Positions 59,816-64,000 of a DNA stretch of 64,000 bases are shown here, in pieces (within the stretch, counting starts at the first letter, position 1; each line of letters opens with the position of its first letter). This DNA comes from Chrysemys picta bellii. Lineage: Eukaryota. Under the pieces are notes generated by a model. It made no database searches, had not been told where the DNA came from, and worked only from the letters and a program-made list of their open reading frames with translations. The stretch spans positions 29,946,001 to 30,010,000 of the forward strand of contig NC_088806.1 in assembly GCF_011386835.1 (NCBI RefSeq), written 5' to 3'. The position numbers were made by a program, and so were the translations under genes.

Positions 59816-62800
59816 AAGTTTGCACCGATTTTCCATTAGCGGCTCTGCAAGGGAGGGAAGTGAGCCGGACTAGAATCAGGAAACGCCAGGAGCTTTATGG
59901 GGGGATGGGAGGGAGACCCGGGTTTCATAAACTTCCCAGTACTGGTTTTACAGACCCAGAAGTTGGGGGAGTTTGGGAAAGCTGAGCCGACCCTGAGCTC
60001 TGAAGTTTGTGGAGTTCATCCAACCTCTGGTCTCTAGGTCTCTCCATCTGGCATCTTTTAGCAGCACCAAATTCTTTATACAAAGTAATAATAATGACTT
60101 AAAACAGCCCTCCCACAAATCCCCTGTGGGTGGCCTCCTGACTTGGATTTTCCAGGATTACCCGGCTTCTCTTGGGAGGAACTCCTGTCGCCCCACCAGA
60201 GGTTGTGGGATCTGAACGAGCCCTGAAATCCCATTCTCTCCCTTGTCTGTTTTAATACTATGTGCATCACCCCATGACTGACAGCGACATTCTGGAATAG
60301 GCACAATGTCATCCCATCTGGATAAAAAGTTTCTTCCTGCAAACTCATCCATTGGGTTGTGCTGCTGAGGTAACAGCATGATGGAGAAATCCAGACTCCA
60401 GCGCCACTCTCAAGCTCAGTGCATGGCTGTGGATTTAAGAAGCACACGGAGACACAGCAAGCTAAACACAACTCATGTTAGAAATATACCCCATGTAAAG
60501 CCCTTCACAGAACGTCATGGCTGTGGTATCATTGTGGTCAGAAAGACATGCTGCAGGGAGACGTTTGTAATCTACCACCCCTTAGGCTTGAGTGTCCTTG
60601 AAAGACAACTGAGAAATCCTCAAAGAAAGCAAGAGGAAAACCAGAGCTTTGGCGCGCTCATCTTTCATTCCGGGGAACAACGAGGGGGAGAGGAGAAATG
60701 AGAAGCAGAGCTTTCCGCTGGGAACACAATGCTGACAGACCCCAAATAAGCCTTCAGCAGACTAAGATAACAGGGGATGTAAAGATCCGAGCTTCCCTTT
60801 GCTGTCATTTGAGAGATGATTGCTTGTGAGGATTCTACTACCTGCTGACTGTGTGCGTGTGGGTGCGTCTGTGTGCACATGAGCAAGAGCTGGTGTGTAC
60901 AATTCATTAACTGATTTCTACGAGAACAGTCCTGGACCAAAACAAATGCAATGATCCCCACTGAACGCTGTGGAAGTCTCATTTATAACAAAGGCCCCCA
61001 GGCTCTAGCGGTGTAAATGAATGTGCGTAAGAATTAGGGCCTGAGACATGGGGCCAGTCTCCACTGTCTTGGGAGCAGGTTCAGAAGAGGCTTTCCATGC
61101 CAAGCTGGAACAGACTCCTGGTCCAGTCTGACACCCACCATTACTGAACTAAGCTTTGCGAGGCGCTCAGGAGCCGGCCAGGTTAGCAGGGCCTCCCAGG
61201 ATAGAGATTAACGTGCTCGGCTTAGTATTTATTATTGTTACACCTGCCCTCAGATAGGACCTGAAAGCACTTTGATAAATGAACCCAGGGCTTTGTCTGG
61301 CTTGGCTGTAGTTTTTGCGAGTGCTTCTGCATCCTTTTGCAGACCTCACTGTGTAGGTTCTAGCCTGGTCCTTCAGTGCAGGCACCTGGGTGGAGCTACA
61401 GGTTCCTGGAGGGTGAAGTGCTCCACAGTGCATAGAGACAGCACAGGGCCCAAGCACTACAGTGGTGCCAGTGTGAGCTAGCTGCAGAAAGATCCTGCTG
61501 ACAGTGACGAGTTCCAAGGAAATTGCAACTTCAGGCTTAGATGGATTTAGGTGGTGCATAGGGCTTGAGTTGCCCCTCGGCACTGGGATGAGTTTCATCC
61601 AAATGCTGGTGGGTGACGGGACTAGTAAGGAGCAGCCATTTGCTAGCTCGACTGGAGCAAGAAAATCCCTGGAGACGTCTTGCAGTAACACTCATCAGTG
61701 AGTTGCGTCGGATAGCTCAACACATCCTACGGCAACACGACACCGGGGAACTCGTCTTCTCCACATCAGAGTCACAAAGGGCTGTGCCACACCTGCAGCC
61801 TTCCTCCCTGGAATGTCAAGGGCTCCCAAGCAAGGCTGGGATGCATTCCAGGACTCAGACTGCTATCCCAGAGGGTTCCCTGGGACCAAAAGGACAAGCG
61901 TAAGAAAGTCAAACAAAGCCAGCTTTTCTTCTGTCAGTTTGCGCTCCCAAGGCAAAGCATTAATATGCATTTCTCTGACGTGCTGTAAGTCACTTGTGTG
62001 AAGTGCTGCATCTAATTGATTTGAGATGCATCAGCCAAGCCTTGTGACCGTCTCTGCTGTGCCTGTGTGTAATAAGTGCAACACGCTGGAAAGAGGGGAA
62101 TTACTCTTGACATTGGGATTATATCTCTGCCAAAGGCATCAATATTCTATTAAAGATGTGTGATAATATAACACTAATTATCAATTGAGGGCCCATTAAA
62201 GGGAGAATACAAACAGCAATTCGATCTCACCTTTCAAATTAAAAACCCACAACGATTTTCTGTTCCCTCTGCTTTATTTTTTTTAATTTTTTGCCTCATG
62301 CATATTTCAGTAATCCAAATTGCAGGAAACACCTCAAAAACATCTGTCTTCCCCCAGCATGCTGGAGAAAAGGCTCCCCAGGACTGACCCATGCCAGGGG
62401 AAAGCTCCCTCATCTCCACAAGCTGAGAACAGCGCAGGGAACGGCATCGTCTGTTCTTATTTGCCTACTTGCCTCAGGGCAACATAATAAATTGTCTTGA
62501 TTAAATTATAGAGAAAAGGACAGGGCATGTGAGATGAATTGGTACCAAACCAGCCTCTCAAAGCCCTCAGTAACTATAAATCCAGACAGCAGAAGGAGTG
62601 CAATTTATCTTTCCAGGGTGAGGTTGTGGTGTGTTGAAAACTGGGTTAAAATTATAAGCTATCACTTTAAGAGTAAAGGGCTTCCTGGTCCTGCTGGCAG
62701 GCTACAGGTCTCTGTAGGGAAGTGTGTGATATGGGTGATCTGTGCTCAGTCTGTGAAAACAGCCTACAGCAAAGCAGTGTGAGTTGTGCCTCGTTGCCTC

Positions 62801-63079
62801 GGGGAGCTGCCTGCTTTGTCACTTGCTGGCCTTTGGTTCTTGTGTGCTAGGGTTTTGGATTTTAAGAAATAAGTTAATGTTACGTTCCAGCCTTCTAGCA
62901 AGAGTATTTGATGTTTTTATTGAACTTCTCTGTGTGTGTTGTGAACATAAGAGAGGGTAAGGCAGTTTTTGGCTACAAGTGAGCTGAAGGAAAAATCTGT
63001 GTGAATTGAACAAAGATATGAAAGGAAATGGGAAGCAGGGTTAGTCAAGAGAGTAGTTTGTTTAGCCACCAGCTGCCAG

Positions 63080-63192
63080 AGATTATTGTGATAGTGCCCA
63101 AGGGCCCCCTTTGGGATCAGGTCCCCATTGTGTTAAGTGCTGTACATCTACATAGGAAGAGGTAGTTACTGCACTGAAGAGCTTAGGTCCAA
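63080..63192 (-). mobile_element. L2-like SINE tail
   Basis: GGGATCAGGTCCCCATTGTGTTAAGTGCTGTACATCTACATAGGAAGAGGTAG..CTGCACTGAAGAGCTTA. Confidence 0.6.
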
Positions 63193-64000
63193 ATGTGAGA
63201 AGTGAAGTAGGGTGAAGGTACCAGTGATGGACGCACACGGCTGCATAGGTGAACTATATGCATGAGCTGCAAGTCAACTCTTTCCCCCACCCCCAGTATA
63301 AATAACACAGCAATATCCAGAATCCCTGCCTGCCCCTTGCCTAGCCATTGTCTGCAACGGATTGAAGCTTCCAGGTTCTGATCGGTAGCATGCCACCAAC
63401 ATCCCTCCAGCACTTCCAGACTCTCTAGCAGATGCCATTGACTCCACGGAAAGGTCCAGCACAAGGCCTGGGTGCCACTTACATCCTCAAAAAGGGCTTA
63501 GTTGGGAGCGAAATGGTACGAGGCTTTGTGGCTGCTTTCCACCCAGGCTGACCGTCACCTTAGAGAGTAGTTCTGCTGTTCCTTCTCCCCACTTCTTATT
63601 TAAGCCTCTCTCTCTATTCATCTTAGTTATTTCTAAGGAGCCTATCACTTGAGGTCTAAGGTCCAGCATCGGAGCCCTGGTCTGTGGTACATGCATGGGT
63701 TTAACTAAAGGGGCATTTTATTTCAATCTGGCCAAACCAGTGTAAATCTTAAAGATTTAAGACTGTCCACACAGGGTCTGCACTGGTTTAGCTAATCCAA
63801 TTAAACTGGTGCAACTAGCTAGTTAAACTGGCGCAACTTTCAATATAGGCAAGGCCAAGGTGCTCTTGTCTAAGTGGTGGTGTCTAAGGTTATGTCTACA
63901 TAGCATACTACACCTGGGCTTTGTCGCAGGTTTAACCCCAACCTCTCCTTCCTTCCACACACAAATCAGTTTGACTTGGGTCAGCAAACACTCAGGACCT

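Noticed and set aside
61167-61691. 174-aa minus-strand ORF
   Set aside because: No recognisable family motif and no supporting exon structure.

Overview
This is a 64-kb stretch of vertebrate nuclear DNA, almost certainly from a turtle. The inference rests on a tRNA-derived SINE with a CR1-type tail, several turtle-type CR1 3' ends and Penelope-like termini. There is one 132-nt assembly gap. I cannot recognise any protein-coding gene: the long ORFs are chance frames or lie inside repeats, and the only ORF with a clear family signature is a decayed CR1 ORF2 C-terminus. The window reads as intronic or intergenic DNA densely layered with mobile elements: CR1 fragments, CORE/L2-tailed SINEs, hAT MITEs with 8-bp target-site duplications (TSDs), Harbinger-like and Tc1/mariner-like MITEs, solo LTRs and Penelope-like elements. 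Four things are most worth a second look. (i) Two Penelope termini carry minimal hammerhead-ribozyme motifs, one inside a 75-bp inverted repeat. (ii) There is a three-level nested insertion (hAT > Harbinger-like MITE > CpG-rich LTR) whose 5-bp TSD appears to have decayed at a CpG in opposite directions, and whose LTR carries a 46-bp direct repeat at both ends. (iii) A solo LTR retains GC-box/CCAAT/TATA motifs plus a CTCF-like motif. (iv) There are several strong but unassigned splice-site/exon candidates. I see no convincing evidence for a wholly new biological system. Repeat family names come from pattern recognition, not database searches.
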